A DNA stretch of 64,000 nucleotides, from assembly GCA_028285105.1 (NCBI GenBank), contig JANQQE010000007.1, positions 3,408-67,407 on the forward strand, given 5' to 3'. Source of the DNA: Alphaproteobacteria bacterium. Lineage in GTDB: Bacteria; Planctomycetota; Phycisphaerae; UBA1845. The notes beneath the pieces are model-generated. The model made no database searches, was not told the origin of the DNA, and saw nothing but the letters and a program-made list of their open reading frames with translations. Shown one piece after another: positions 46,101-53,914 of this stretch; position 1 is the stretch's first letter; every line of letters begins with the position of its first letter. Made by a program: the position numbers and the translations under genes.

Positions 46101-48841
46101 TTTGTCGATGGATTTGCAAGCCAGGTCTCGATGCTGGTACTGACATCCAACACATGCACACCCACACCACTGCTTCCACTGGCGTCAACGGCTGACGCTG
46201 CTTCAATGTCATCGCTTTGAATACCACCGCCCCAAAATTCCCAGGTATCGGTGTCATTCCACGGCTGCAACATGCGATGCAAGGTTGCCCCAACGCCTGG
46301 ACTGCTGTTGGTCACGTTGATCGTGAGGTCGGCCGACTGAATGGTCGCGCCCGGTGGTATCTGCCCCGGTCCGATGCCGTAAATTTCCTCAAAGCGCATC
46401 AGGATATGGTTTTCCGAAACGAGATCGACAATCAGTGTCGTCGAACCGGAAAAGTCAGTTGTCGTGGCGTCGTCAGCCAGGTACGTATCGATATTGCCGC
46501 TATAACTGGATGTACCTTGCTGGAATGATACCGTCACCGGTGTTGCACAAAGTCCATCGGAAGGATTGCACACATCACCGGGGTCGCAGCTCACCGGCGT
46601 ACCCGCGCAAGCGCCGCCTGAACATGCGTCGAATTCGGTGCAGAGATCACCGTCGTCGCAGGGATCGGTATTGGGCGTTGACTCGCAGACACCGTTGCTG
46701 CACGCATCATTGGTGCAGGCGTTGCCGTCATCGCAGAATCCGTTCGTATTGGTGTATTCGCAAATGCCGTTCGTATTGCACGCGTCATTTGTACACGTGT
46801 TGGCATCGTTGCAGTCAACATCATCGGTACACGCCGTCGTGAAACTCCACGTCGTACTCGTCGTCGTGCCCGTTGCGTCGCTGACTTCCACGAACCACTC
46901 AAACGTCTCGCTGACGGGCAGAGCCGGCCACACCACGCTGGCATTGTTACCGCTGGCCACTCCCAACTGCGTGCTGCCGATTTGCTGGAATTCCGTCGCA
47001 AACCCACCTCCGCTAAACGTCAATGTAAACTCGCTGTCGAAATCGGTTTCGTGTTGATCCAACGTTGGCGAATACGTCTTAACGTCGATGGTGTTGTTCT
47101 GCACATCAAACTGCAGATAGCGAAGCCAACCGTTGCCGCCGTTGGCTCGATTCTGATAATCCGAAAGCAACGTGTGGACTTCATTGCCATTGAAGACATC
47201 CGAGCGCTGCGCCTCGCTGGTGACATGCCCGCACATCATCAGGAACAGATTGCTGTTTGCTTTCAGCGCGTCGTAGACCGCCTGCCCCTGCGCGCTGAAC
47301 GAACCGTTGGCGTTGAGGAGCCAATGGGCTGTGACCATCGCTTTTCGATTGCTGTGGGTTTGAAGCAGATTGTCTGCCCACGTCAGCACGACTGCATCGG
47401 GCGTCGTGTCGTATTCGAGATGCAGAATAATGAAATCGATACCGCCTGCCGTGAACAACTGGTAGCTGTTGTCGTTGTTGCTACCGAAGTGCCCACCATA
47501 GTAAGCACGTCCGGCGAAGTGGGCTTCTCCGAAGTATTGATTGTAGAACGTGGTCGTTCCATCCGGGTCGGCGATGGGTGATTGATCGTGGTTGCCAACC
47601 GCAATGCCAAACGGGATACCATCCGTCAACATCGTCGTGACGGGGTCTTCAATAATGGCAAACGCATTGCTCGCCACCAACCATTCCGAATCGTCGCCAC
47701 CGTTGTCGCCGTTCTGAACGCAGTCGCCAAGTTGCGTCACGAATGCAACGTTCAGCGTACTGAGTTGATCAAGCGCCCACTGCGTCTGAGCACTGAAGGT
47801 TGCAGGATCACCATTCTGCGCACAACTGGCACCGCATGAATAGAATTGCGTGTCCGGAAGGGCAACGACCGTAAAGTTCTGGCTGGCGACGCCGTCAACT
47901 TGACGCCCGAAAAATGCAACATCCATCGTATCGGCTTCGGGGTCGGTCACCGTCACCTCCAACGTCGGATTCACGCCGATGCCTTCCGCGCCGTTGGCAG
48001 GCATTACCACAGTCGCCGCGTCCGGAGGAAGGTTGATGTCAAACGGCGCGCCCGATACCCAAGCCGCACCGGAGATTGTCCCATCATTGGCATTGCCCGA
48101 AGAATCGCCTGCCGTTGTGCCAACGCCTTCATTCAGGCCCCACCGACCTACCAGACCATTGGTCGAAGCAATCTCCGCTTTGATGCCGGAGAGGATTTCC
48201 GATTGCGTCAAAGCTCGATCCCAAACACGAACTTCGTCAATGTTGCCTTGGAAACGTCCTGCCGCTGTCCCACTTGAGTTGTATGCCGTTCCAACGCCGA
48301 AATGCTGAATGCTGTCCGAACGCGGTTCGCGCCCCACGTTTGAGCTACCGTCAACCTGGCCATCCAAATAGAGCGTCCAATCCGTCCCGTCATACGTCGC
48401 GGCAACGTGATACCACACGCCATTGCTGATCGTCGTCGATCCGAACACCGGATGATTCAGACCGGGTTCGGGGCCCGTACCCGCTTCTTCAAAGTCAGCC
48501 GCAATGACGTCGTCCGAATCGCGAATTCCGACGAAGTAATTCATGTCGAGGTTGGAGTCCTCAGCTTCACCGCGCCCTTTGGTCACCAGCGGAATGCCAA
48601 CGAATCCGCCGTTACCGGTGTTGGCCGTTTGCCCCGTGCCGGTACGCTGAAACCAGAACTCGACAGTGAACTCAGCCAACCCCAGTTCGGGTGTCTGCGA
48701 TGCGTCACCAAAGCTGATCTCGTCATTGCTGCCGTCAAACGACAGAGCGTTCTGAGCAAAAACTGGTCCGTACCAAACCAACAGCGCAATGATTCCCACT
48801 GCAATCGATTTGCCTGATCCCATGATCTTTTTCCCCTTCAT
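42839..48841 (-). CDS. Giant secreted modular protein (2000 aa): three LamG (Laminin_G_3-type) domains, a calcineurin-like metallophosphoesterase, two DNRLRE-like beta-sandwiches, Cys-rich linkers, C-terminal TSP3/dockerin-like module
   Basis: Signal MKGKKIMGSGKSIAVGIIALLVWYGPVFA. The LamG signature appears three times (ALSFDGSNDE...FTVEFWF...YHVAATYDG...DEVRVWDRALTQSEI). The MPE motifs are ALPDTQFY, QLGDCVQNGD, VGNHD and MMCGHV. The C-terminus is paralogous to that of the 1879-aa protein. Confidence 0.9.
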   Translation of the reverse strand: MKGKKIMGSGKSIAVGIIALLVWYGPVFAQNALSFDGSNDEISFGDASQTPELGLAEFTVEFWFQRTGTGQTANTGNGGFVGIPLVTKGRGEAEDSNLDMNYFVGIRDSDDVIAADFEEAGTGPEPGLNHPVFGSTTISNGVWYHVAATYDGTDWTLYLDGQVDGSSNVGREPRSDSIQHFGVGTAYNSSGTAAGRFQGNIDEVRVWDRALTQSEILSGIKAEIASTNGLVGRWGLNEGVGTTAGDSSGNANDGTISGAAWVSGAPFDINLPPDAATVVMPANGAEGIGVNPTLEVTVTDPEADTMDVAFFGRQVDGVASQNFTVVALPDTQFYSCGASCAQNGDPATFSAQTQWALDQLSTLNVAFVTQLGDCVQNGDNGGDDSEWLVASNAFAIIEDPVTTMLTDGIPFGIAVGNHDQSPIADPDGTTTFYNQYFGEAHFAGRAYYGGHFGSNNDNSYQLFTAGGIDFIILHLEYDTTPDAVVLTWADNLLQTHSNRKAMVTAHWLLNANGSFSAQGQAVYDALKANSNLFLMMCGHVTSEAQRSDVFNGNEVHTLLSDYQNRANGGNGWLRYLQFDVQNNTIDVKTYSPTLDQHETDFDSEFTLTFSGGGFATEFQQIGSTQLGVASGNNASVVWPALPVSETFEWFVEVSDATGTTTSTTWSFTTACTDDVDCNDANTCTNDACNTNGICEYTNTNGFCDDGNACTNDACSNGVCESTPNTDPCDDGDLCTEFDACSGGACAGTPVSCDPGDVCNPSDGLCATPVTVSFQQGTSSYSGNIDTYLADDATTTDFSGSTTLIVDLVSENHILMRFEEIYGIGPGQIPPGATIQSADLTINVTNSSPGVGATLHRMLQPWNDTDTWEFWGGGIQSDDIEAASAVDASGSSGVGVHVLDVSTSIETWLANPSTNLGWAWLPPAQDNSWQFDSAEAATVSNRPLLEVTYLPMACTSGLDCDDSNPCTDDSCNAGQCDNTPNTDPCDDGDACTTGDACAAGTCGGTPISCTGDDVCDPNIGQCVTPVMVMFQEETGVYEGTVDTEIRGATPNTDASESTQFRFDTSSGGGPNIGLLRFEEIFVSNGGLIPDGATITSATVTITIHDAGDPGNLHEVLVDWVESVTFNTFGGEPDVQADEYNNTSLGTVPGSIATHDLDVTSSLQGWSADPGSNRGWVFLATASGGVGIRSSEWTTQSERPKLTVEYLPITCGDSSECDDLDDCTDDVCNNGVCTNDPIPNCCIDAGDCDDAEPCTTDTCELEQCVFTPIPDCCASDDDCDDGTACTIDRCNPGNAAALTFDGVNDQVTMGPATDLSTATFTVECWFRQTGAGDTVSTGNGGLTGGDVAIPLVTKGRGEAEGDNRDMNYFLGIHAANGTLAADFEEHSSGTTPGQNHPVIADTAIGDTDWHHAAVTYDGSCWQIYLDGVDDNAAVNCPNEPPNFISIQHFALGTAQNSSGSADGRLEGTLDEVRVWDHARTPAEIADGMGRQIVSSNGLIGRWGLNEGAGDYAFDSTLTGTAGTISGASWETANIVDFGGGVCENSPIADCCTSGLECDDGNSCTTDECVPASISALSFDGSDDEVTMGQAPQLGASQFTLEAWIKPTGAGATASTGGGGVVAVPLVAKGRGEADGNNRDANYFMGIDGSSDVLVADFESVDPSPNNFPVSGTTPISTLDVWYHVAATYDGATWRLYLNGVLDGSNTVNRTPRFDSIQHFSLGTAQTSTGASSGRFEGLMDEVRVWNYARTEAAIQSTMSIEIDSAPGLIGRWGLNETSGVTATDSAGNANDGTIDGATYVTSNGLLIGFNDCVNDPIPGCCDEAADCDDANLCTIDICSNAVCENEPVDCSHLDDTCNVGVCNPGDGMCEVAPVNEGGACDDLDACTVSDACTNGVCAGTFEDCDGDGVCDADDNCPTVVNAGQDPAACNGPFDFDNDGDVDLDDFAIVAACLDGPDELTPPGGCSPGDFADADQDSDGDVDLDDFALLQLEFTGMIVSPCE
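45225..46540 (-). repeat. Double beta-sandwich (DNRLRE-like) cassette with Cys-rich linker, copy 2
   Basis: TLIVDLVSENHILMRFEEIYGIGPGQIPPGATIQSADLTINVTNSSPGVGATLHRMLQPWNDTDTW... and GPNIGLLRFEEIFVSNGGLIPDGATITSATVTITIHD... mirror the two modules at 38468-39715. Confidence 0.8.
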
Positions 48842-49604
48842 ACAGACGTCGGCGCAATCGAATCTTGAAACGCACCGTCAAACGAATCGGATCGTTATAG
48901 ATGTGACACTCGTCAAATTGATCGACACGCGCATCGCTGTCGGTGTTGCTCCAAGAACGTGCATTGCAAATCACCGACGATATGGACAGCGTCGTTTGAT
49001 CCAGCCCACGTTTGCCCGGAAGATTTGAAACGCTGCAGGTTTTTGCAACTTTCCCCTCTGCAACTGGACATTCCCCAGGGCGAATCACAGCGAACCACAC
49101 CGATGGAGGAAGTGAGGGAATCAGTGCGATTGGCGCTTAGCTCGATCATAGAGAAATCGACTGGCCCAAACAACCCATTACGGTACGGCTGTACAGCGAA
49201 CAACGGGCGTTCGATTGAACCAGGATTCGTGCCAGCCGAGAAGCGAACATTGTGTCGTTGTTTGGCACTTCAATGAACTGAATACGTCCAAATAAGATGT
49301 GTCCGTGAACCGTTTCTGCATGTATGCACGTCACATCGTTCACCATTTCGCCTTGGACTACATGATCGACATCGCATTCACCAAAGCACCAAACCAATTC
49401 GAGATTCTTCTTGTGCGCTGGCCTCAAAGCGCATACGACCAAGGACCGTTACATCATGCCACTGGTCAGGATGATCGGACACTTTGGCAAAGTATAATCC
49501 CTCCGTCACATTGGCGCGAATGTGACGGTCGTACAGGGCATTAGACACATCTCAATATGACGGCGGCGGGTCAGGGGTGCCTGCGTTCGTTGTGGAGACA
49601 TATT

Positions 49605-51350
49605 ATGGTTATTTACGGGAATCGATCTGAATCAGGTTTTGTGGTTGCGTATCAATTCAAAGGTACGATCGCAACGTTCGCATTGCTATTGACCTTTTCG
49701 GGGTGTGCCCCAGCCGATCTCGGCGACCCGGTGGTCAATGACGACGATCCCGGCGATGTCACCACTGCTCGTGAAATCGAGGAAGCCGACATTGTCAAAC
49801 TGGTTGACGGTTACTTCTACCTGTCAAACCCGTACACCGGTATGCGCGTCATCGACGCGACCGACATGTCCGCACCGCAATTCGCCGGAACGTATGCGGT
49901 GCGCGGGCGTGGGGTTGAGTTAATCGTTCGCGACGAGCACGCATTCGTTTTCACTGCGGCTGACTTCGGATACTGCGCCGGGGAACCCGTCGCGTTTGAC
50001 GACCCCGATTTTGGCGACATCACCGAACCCGACTACGAGGGCACGCGACTTTGGGTGGTGGATGTGTCCAACAAGGATGAACTGACACTGGCCGGCACCG
50101 TGGACTTCGATGGCATCGTCGTCGGTACGCGGCGCGTTGGCGAAATTCTTTACGCAACCGGCACCATCGGAGATACAACCTTCGTCGTATCGATCGACAT
50201 TTCCAACCCATCCCAGGTCCGGGTGGTCGAGAGCATCCGCTTTGGTGCGGACGCCGAGGACATCCACGTTTCGCAGGAGGCGATCTTCCTATACGGCGAC
50301 GATCTCACCGAAGCCGACACCACCCGCGTCACCTACGTCGATATCTCCAGTACCAACGGTTTCATTGAGCGTCGCGATAGCTTCCGCGTGCCCGGCGTCG
50401 TTCGCGACCGTTTCAGCATGTCTGCCGACGAAGACACCTACTACGTCGTGACCCAGGATTTCAACCCGAACAACTTCACGCAGACGTTGGGGCTGTTCTG
50501 CTACGACATCAGCGACCCGGACAACATCGATCGCCTCTCCTTCCTGCCGATTACCACGCAGGAAACGCTGCGCACGGTGCGATTCGACGGGCAGCGGGCG
50601 TACATGGTGTCATCCGGTGGGGACGATCCGCTTTACGTCATCGACCTGACCGACCCAGCCAACCCAGCCGTCACGGGCGAGTTAGCCGGTCCGGGTTTCA
50701 GCACGCATCTGGTTCCGCTGGGCGATCGGCTGCTGAGCGTCGGTTTCTCAACTGGCGCCGCATTCGAGCCAGCCGTCACGCTCTACGACGTCAGCGATCC
50801 AACCAACCCGACGCAACTGTCGCGCATCCTGGTCGAAAGCTTGAATCGATTCAGCGTAGGGTCGGAAGCAACGGTAGATGAGAAAGCCCTCGGCGTACTC
50901 AACGATTTGGGCATCGTGCTATTGCCATACGCCGTCTTCGATCGCGAGACGGGCGAGTTCATAGACGGCTTGCAGATCATTCAGATGACCGATAGCAACC
51001 TGCGCGAACGCGGTCAGATCGAACACAAAGGCATTGTAAGAAGAAGCGGAATAGAAGACAGCCGCATGTGGCTACTCTCCGAAGTAGCCTTCGCAACGGT
51101 CAACACAATTGATCTAGACGCTCCACAGCAAATCGCCGAGCTAACCATCATAAGCGACCAGGAATTACTAGACGCCGGCTTGACCAACTGCGTAGACTCA
51201 GCCAGACTGTCTGGCCGCACCATCTTCTACTTCGAAGGCAACGCCTTCTGCGGTGCGTTTGTGCCATTCTCGACGTTTCTGACTGCTGCTGGACTAATCA
51301 CTGTTCGATTGATCCGAAGGCGTCGAATGCCATCGAGTCAGGAGTTGTAG
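49605..51350 (+). CDS. Beta-propeller domain lipoprotein (COG4880/Beta_propel-like) with C-terminal Cys-Gly/TM/Arg-rich tail
   Basis: ORF 49557..51350 trimmed to ATG 49605 (MVIYGNRSESGFVVAYQFKGTIATFALLLTFSGC, lipobox). EADIVKLVDGYFYLSNPYTGMRVIDATDMSAP and repeated blade-like segments match the secreted beta-propeller family. The tail reads FCGAFVPFSTFLTAAGLITVRLIRRRR. Confidence 0.7.
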   Translation: MVIYGNRSESGFVVAYQFKGTIATFALLLTFSGCAPADLGDPVVNDDDPGDVTTAREIEEADIVKLVDGYFYLSNPYTGMRVIDATDMSAPQFAGTYAVRGRGVELIVRDEHAFVFTAADFGYCAGEPVAFDDPDFGDITEPDYEGTRLWVVDVSNKDELTLAGTVDFDGIVVGTRRVGEILYATGTIGDTTFVVSIDISNPSQVRVVESIRFGADAEDIHVSQEAIFLYGDDLTEADTTRVTYVDISSTNGFIERRDSFRVPGVVRDRFSMSADEDTYYVVTQDFNPNNFTQTLGLFCYDISDPDNIDRLSFLPITTQETLRTVRFDGQRAYMVSSGGDDPLYVIDLTDPANPAVTGELAGPGFSTHLVPLGDRLLSVGFSTGAAFEPAVTLYDVSDPTNPTQLSRILVESLNRFSVGSEATVDEKALGVLNDLGIVLLPYAVFDRETGEFIDGLQIIQMTDSNLRERGQIEHKGIVRRSGIEDSRMWLLSEVAFATVNTIDLDAPQQIAELTIISDQELLDAGLTNCVDSARLSGRTIFYFEGNAFCGAFVPFSTFLTAAGLITVRLIRRRRMPSSQEL

Positions 51351-51397
51351 CGCGAATACGCAAGACTTCACACCTAATGAATTGCGAACACCGAGAG

Positions 51398-52567
51398 TCA
51401 CATTTTCTGACCAAATGTGTGCCGACTGTGCTGCCCTGTCAGGCGCCATTCCCAGTAAGTTGGTTTCCCAGAAATTGCAATCCACGTGACAACTGCGACG
51501 CTGACAGGAACATAAAGCTCGCTCGCCATACCCATCGCACTGCCTCCCCAAAGCATCAAGACGGCAACAAGGCAGCCGATCATCGGATTGATGAACACGC
51601 GATCATATCCTGGGACGATCCAGTTGCCTGTTGCCAGTCGCCCGAACAAGCCAATTGGAGGCCGCCCAACGCCGACGTAGGTCATAAGTCTAAGGAATGG
51701 TCCAACGAACGGGATAAGATGAAACCACATCGTCGCCAAAGAGTCGCTACTTGCTGCATGTCCAATCAACATCACTACAAACGTCCACCAACCAAGCAAT
51801 ATGCTCACGCCAACAGAATCCACAAAGCCAATTGTGTCAACGTTTTGCGGCCCGGCAAACGAAAAGTCCGTTCGCATGAATGAAACGTCTTGGTTCTTTC
51901 TCGTGGATTCAGACCGCTTCTCGAAGTTCGTTCCGAACGTCCTCAACATTTTGGCGGATGTATCCCACGGATAGAATTGAAACATTCTATTTTGCGCGAA
52001 GACGGCAAAACCGTACATCAAAACCAAGACGACAAGTCCAGCAAAAGCGCCGATCTTAATACAAGCAACGATTACAAGACCAAACGCCATCACCATTGCA
52101 TAGCATGATTCTTTCTGCCTTGTCACGCCAAGGACAATTGTCAAGAGTCCGAGGTAGCCGATCAGCAGCGCGCCGATCAACCACACGACTCGAATTTCGG
52201 GGTTCCGCCATTGTGTCACAATGAGAATTGTGGGCACGATCACATCTGTCCAATAGAACCGCATATAAAGCGGACCAACCGGAAAGGCCGTTCCATGCTG
52301 CCACGGTGTCGCAACAAGCCAATTGAAATAGGATGGCTGGCTTGGCGGAAACGCGGCAATGACTCTGTATCCGCCGTAAAGGAGGCAACAAAAGATCGCA
52401 AAGTAACCAGAAAACCGAAGCCCCATGCGCATGTTGTCTGGCAATCGCACACCGGCTACCTGATCGGCCAGCACGTCATAGACCAGAAACGTCGCGTAAG
52501 TCACGGCGATAGCCCACGGCAACAACCGATTCGGCAACGTGCGTTTGATCGTATTCATCATTGGCAC
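51398..52567 (-). CDS. Polytopic membrane protein of unknown family, translationally coupled to the ABC ATPase
   Basis: 389 aa with about 10 hydrophobic helices and one cytoplasmic loop of about 60 aa. Its start overlaps the ATPase stop by 10 nt. It does not resemble the ABC-2 or FtsX permease patterns I know. Confidence 0.6.
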   Translation of the reverse strand: MPMMNTIKRTLPNRLLPWAIAVTYATFLVYDVLADQVAGVRLPDNMRMGLRFSGYFAIFCCLLYGGYRVIAAFPPSQPSYFNWLVATPWQHGTAFPVGPLYMRFYWTDVIVPTILIVTQWRNPEIRVVWLIGALLIGYLGLLTIVLGVTRQKESCYAMVMAFGLVIVACIKIGAFAGLVVLVLMYGFAVFAQNRMFQFYPWDTSAKMLRTFGTNFEKRSESTRKNQDVSFMRTDFSFAGPQNVDTIGFVDSVGVSILLGWWTFVVMLIGHAASSDSLATMWFHLIPFVGPFLRLMTYVGVGRPPIGLFGRLATGNWIVPGYDRVFINPMIGCLVAVLMLWGGSAMGMASELYVPVSVAVVTWIAISGKPTYWEWRLTGQHSRHTFGQKM

Positions 52568-53337
52568 TGTTCCTTCAAGTAGGTATCCACTCGCGCGTAC
52601 GACTCGGGATTCACGAGTATCTCCATCGCGTCCCCCAATGACCCGTCAGTACCTGCTTTTTTGCACAATCCCTCCGGCGTGTCGCACGTTAGGATCTTTC
52701 CTTGGTGGATGATCGCTACGCGGTCGGCGACTTGTTCTACGATCTCGGGGACTGGGGTGGCCATCAGGACTGTTACGTCCTCGCGGTCTGCTTTTTGTTT
52801 TAGGATTCTTCGTAGCGCGGCGATACCGGCTGGGTCCAGTCCACCAGCGAACGGCTCGTCCAGAATCATCACTGGGGTTTCGGTGATGAGCGTCGCGCAC
52901 AGAGCGGCTTTCTTCTTTTGACCGCTTGAATACGTCGAGATCGCCGAGTCGGCGACTTCGCCCAAGTGAAACAGTTGGATCAACTCCTCGGCATGGTCGA
53001 TCAGGCGATCGGGATCGATGCCATAGAGCGTCCCTACCGCGATCATGAATTCGCGGCCGGTCGTACTGCCCGGCAGCCAAGGGTCAGCCGCCAGATACAC
53101 CGTCCTTTGACGAACGGCTAACTCGTTATCCACGGTCGATCGCCTGCGGATGCCGTCGATTTCGACGTGCCCCTTCAGCGGACTCAACACGCCAGCCGCA
53201 ACTTGCAGCAGCGTACTCTTGCCCGTTCCGTTCGCGCCCATCACGCCGACCAACTCGCCCGATTCGACCCGCAACGACAGGTTACGCAGCACCGGTTTGA
53301 CGCTATAGTGAAGTGTGATGTCAACGAGGTCGATCAT
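52558..53337 (-). CDS. ABC transporter ATP-binding protein
   Basis: ORF 52558..53409 trimmed to ATG 53337 (MIDLVDITLHY). Walker A is GANGTGKST, the signature is YSSGQKKK, Walker B is MILDEPFAGLD-like (VMILDEPFAGGLD), and the H-loop is LMATP. Confidence 0.9.
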   Translation of the reverse strand: MIDLVDITLHYSVKPVLRNLSLRVESGELVGVMGANGTGKSTLLQVAAGVLSPLKGHVEIDGIRRRSTVDNELAVRQRTVYLAADPWLPGSTTGREFMIAVGTLYGIDPDRLIDHAEELIQLFHLGEVADSAISTYSSGQKKKAALCATLITETPVMILDEPFAGGLDPAGIAALRRILKQKADREDVTVLMATPVPEIVEQVADRVAIIHQGKILTCDTPEGLCKKAGTDGSLGDAMEILVNPESYARVDTYLKEQCQ

Positions 53338-53557
53338 GTGCCGTTCTCCTTTCACGAGACTGCGAAAGACAACGACGTCATTGTCGGGGTAACCGACCAA
53401 CCGCACCATTACAACCCGAATCGTGCTTTGGAATCATGTGAGAATATGCAGAAAACGCAGTCGCAACGCCATGACTAGCGGCAGCCGTTAGAGGGAATCG
53501 CAAAGACTGTAATGACGACAAGAGTAACGCCGGCTCAAGCGATTGTCGGCACAATTT

Positions 53558-53638
53558 CGTCACTCCCGCGCACGCGGGAGTCCAGGACGGGTGCGGAGCA
53601 ACTTACATATCTGGATTCCCGCGTGCGCGGGAATGACG
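53558..53638. repeat. Inverted pair of GC-rich palindromic units (REP/MITE-like)
   Basis: Unit 1 is cgtcACTCCCGCGcacGCGGGAGTccagg (hairpin 53562-53581). Unit 2 is ctggATTCCCGCGtgCGCGGGAATgacgg (hairpin 53615-53634). Unit 2 is the near-perfect reverse complement of unit 1. Spurious translation gives the ...IPACAGMT / SRARGSPG-type peptides that are commonly produced by such elements. Confidence 0.6.
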
Positions 53639-53737
53639 GTTATGTGGGTGCCCCAACCCTTAAGCGCAGCGGAAGGGTGGGGGACGGATACGAACGCGAC
53701 TACACAACGCACCAACTCAAACACCCAAACCACACCC

Positions 53738-53782
53738 AAAAGCAAAAAGGCCCGGCGCTCCCCCCACGAGCGCGCCGGACCC
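53738..53782 (-). terminator. Candidate intrinsic terminator downstream of the InlB-B-repeat gene
   Basis: The minus strand reads GGGTCCGGCGCGCTCgtgggggGAGCGCCGGGCC followed by TTTTTGCTTTT. This is a GC stem of about 9 bp with a 2-nt bulge, plus a T-tract, 134 nt after the stop. Confidence 0.5.
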
Positions 53783-53914
53783 TTGCATGGTACTGCCTGG
53801 ATGAACTGCGACTTCCTTCGTTGCGACCGCCTCTTTTTGCGGCTGACGGTTTCGCAGCTTGTATCCATTTGGCGGAGCGCCAACCCCACCGATGTTTCTT
53901 GGTGTTACTCTCTT

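Noticed and set aside
36131-48817. Dozens of 60-290-aa ORFs on the plus strand and in alternative minus frames (for example 36131-36841, 37974-38807, 44417-45280, 46982-47581)
   Set aside because: All are embedded in the two giant minus-strand genes. They have no independent signals and arise from the long stop-free GC-rich repeats.
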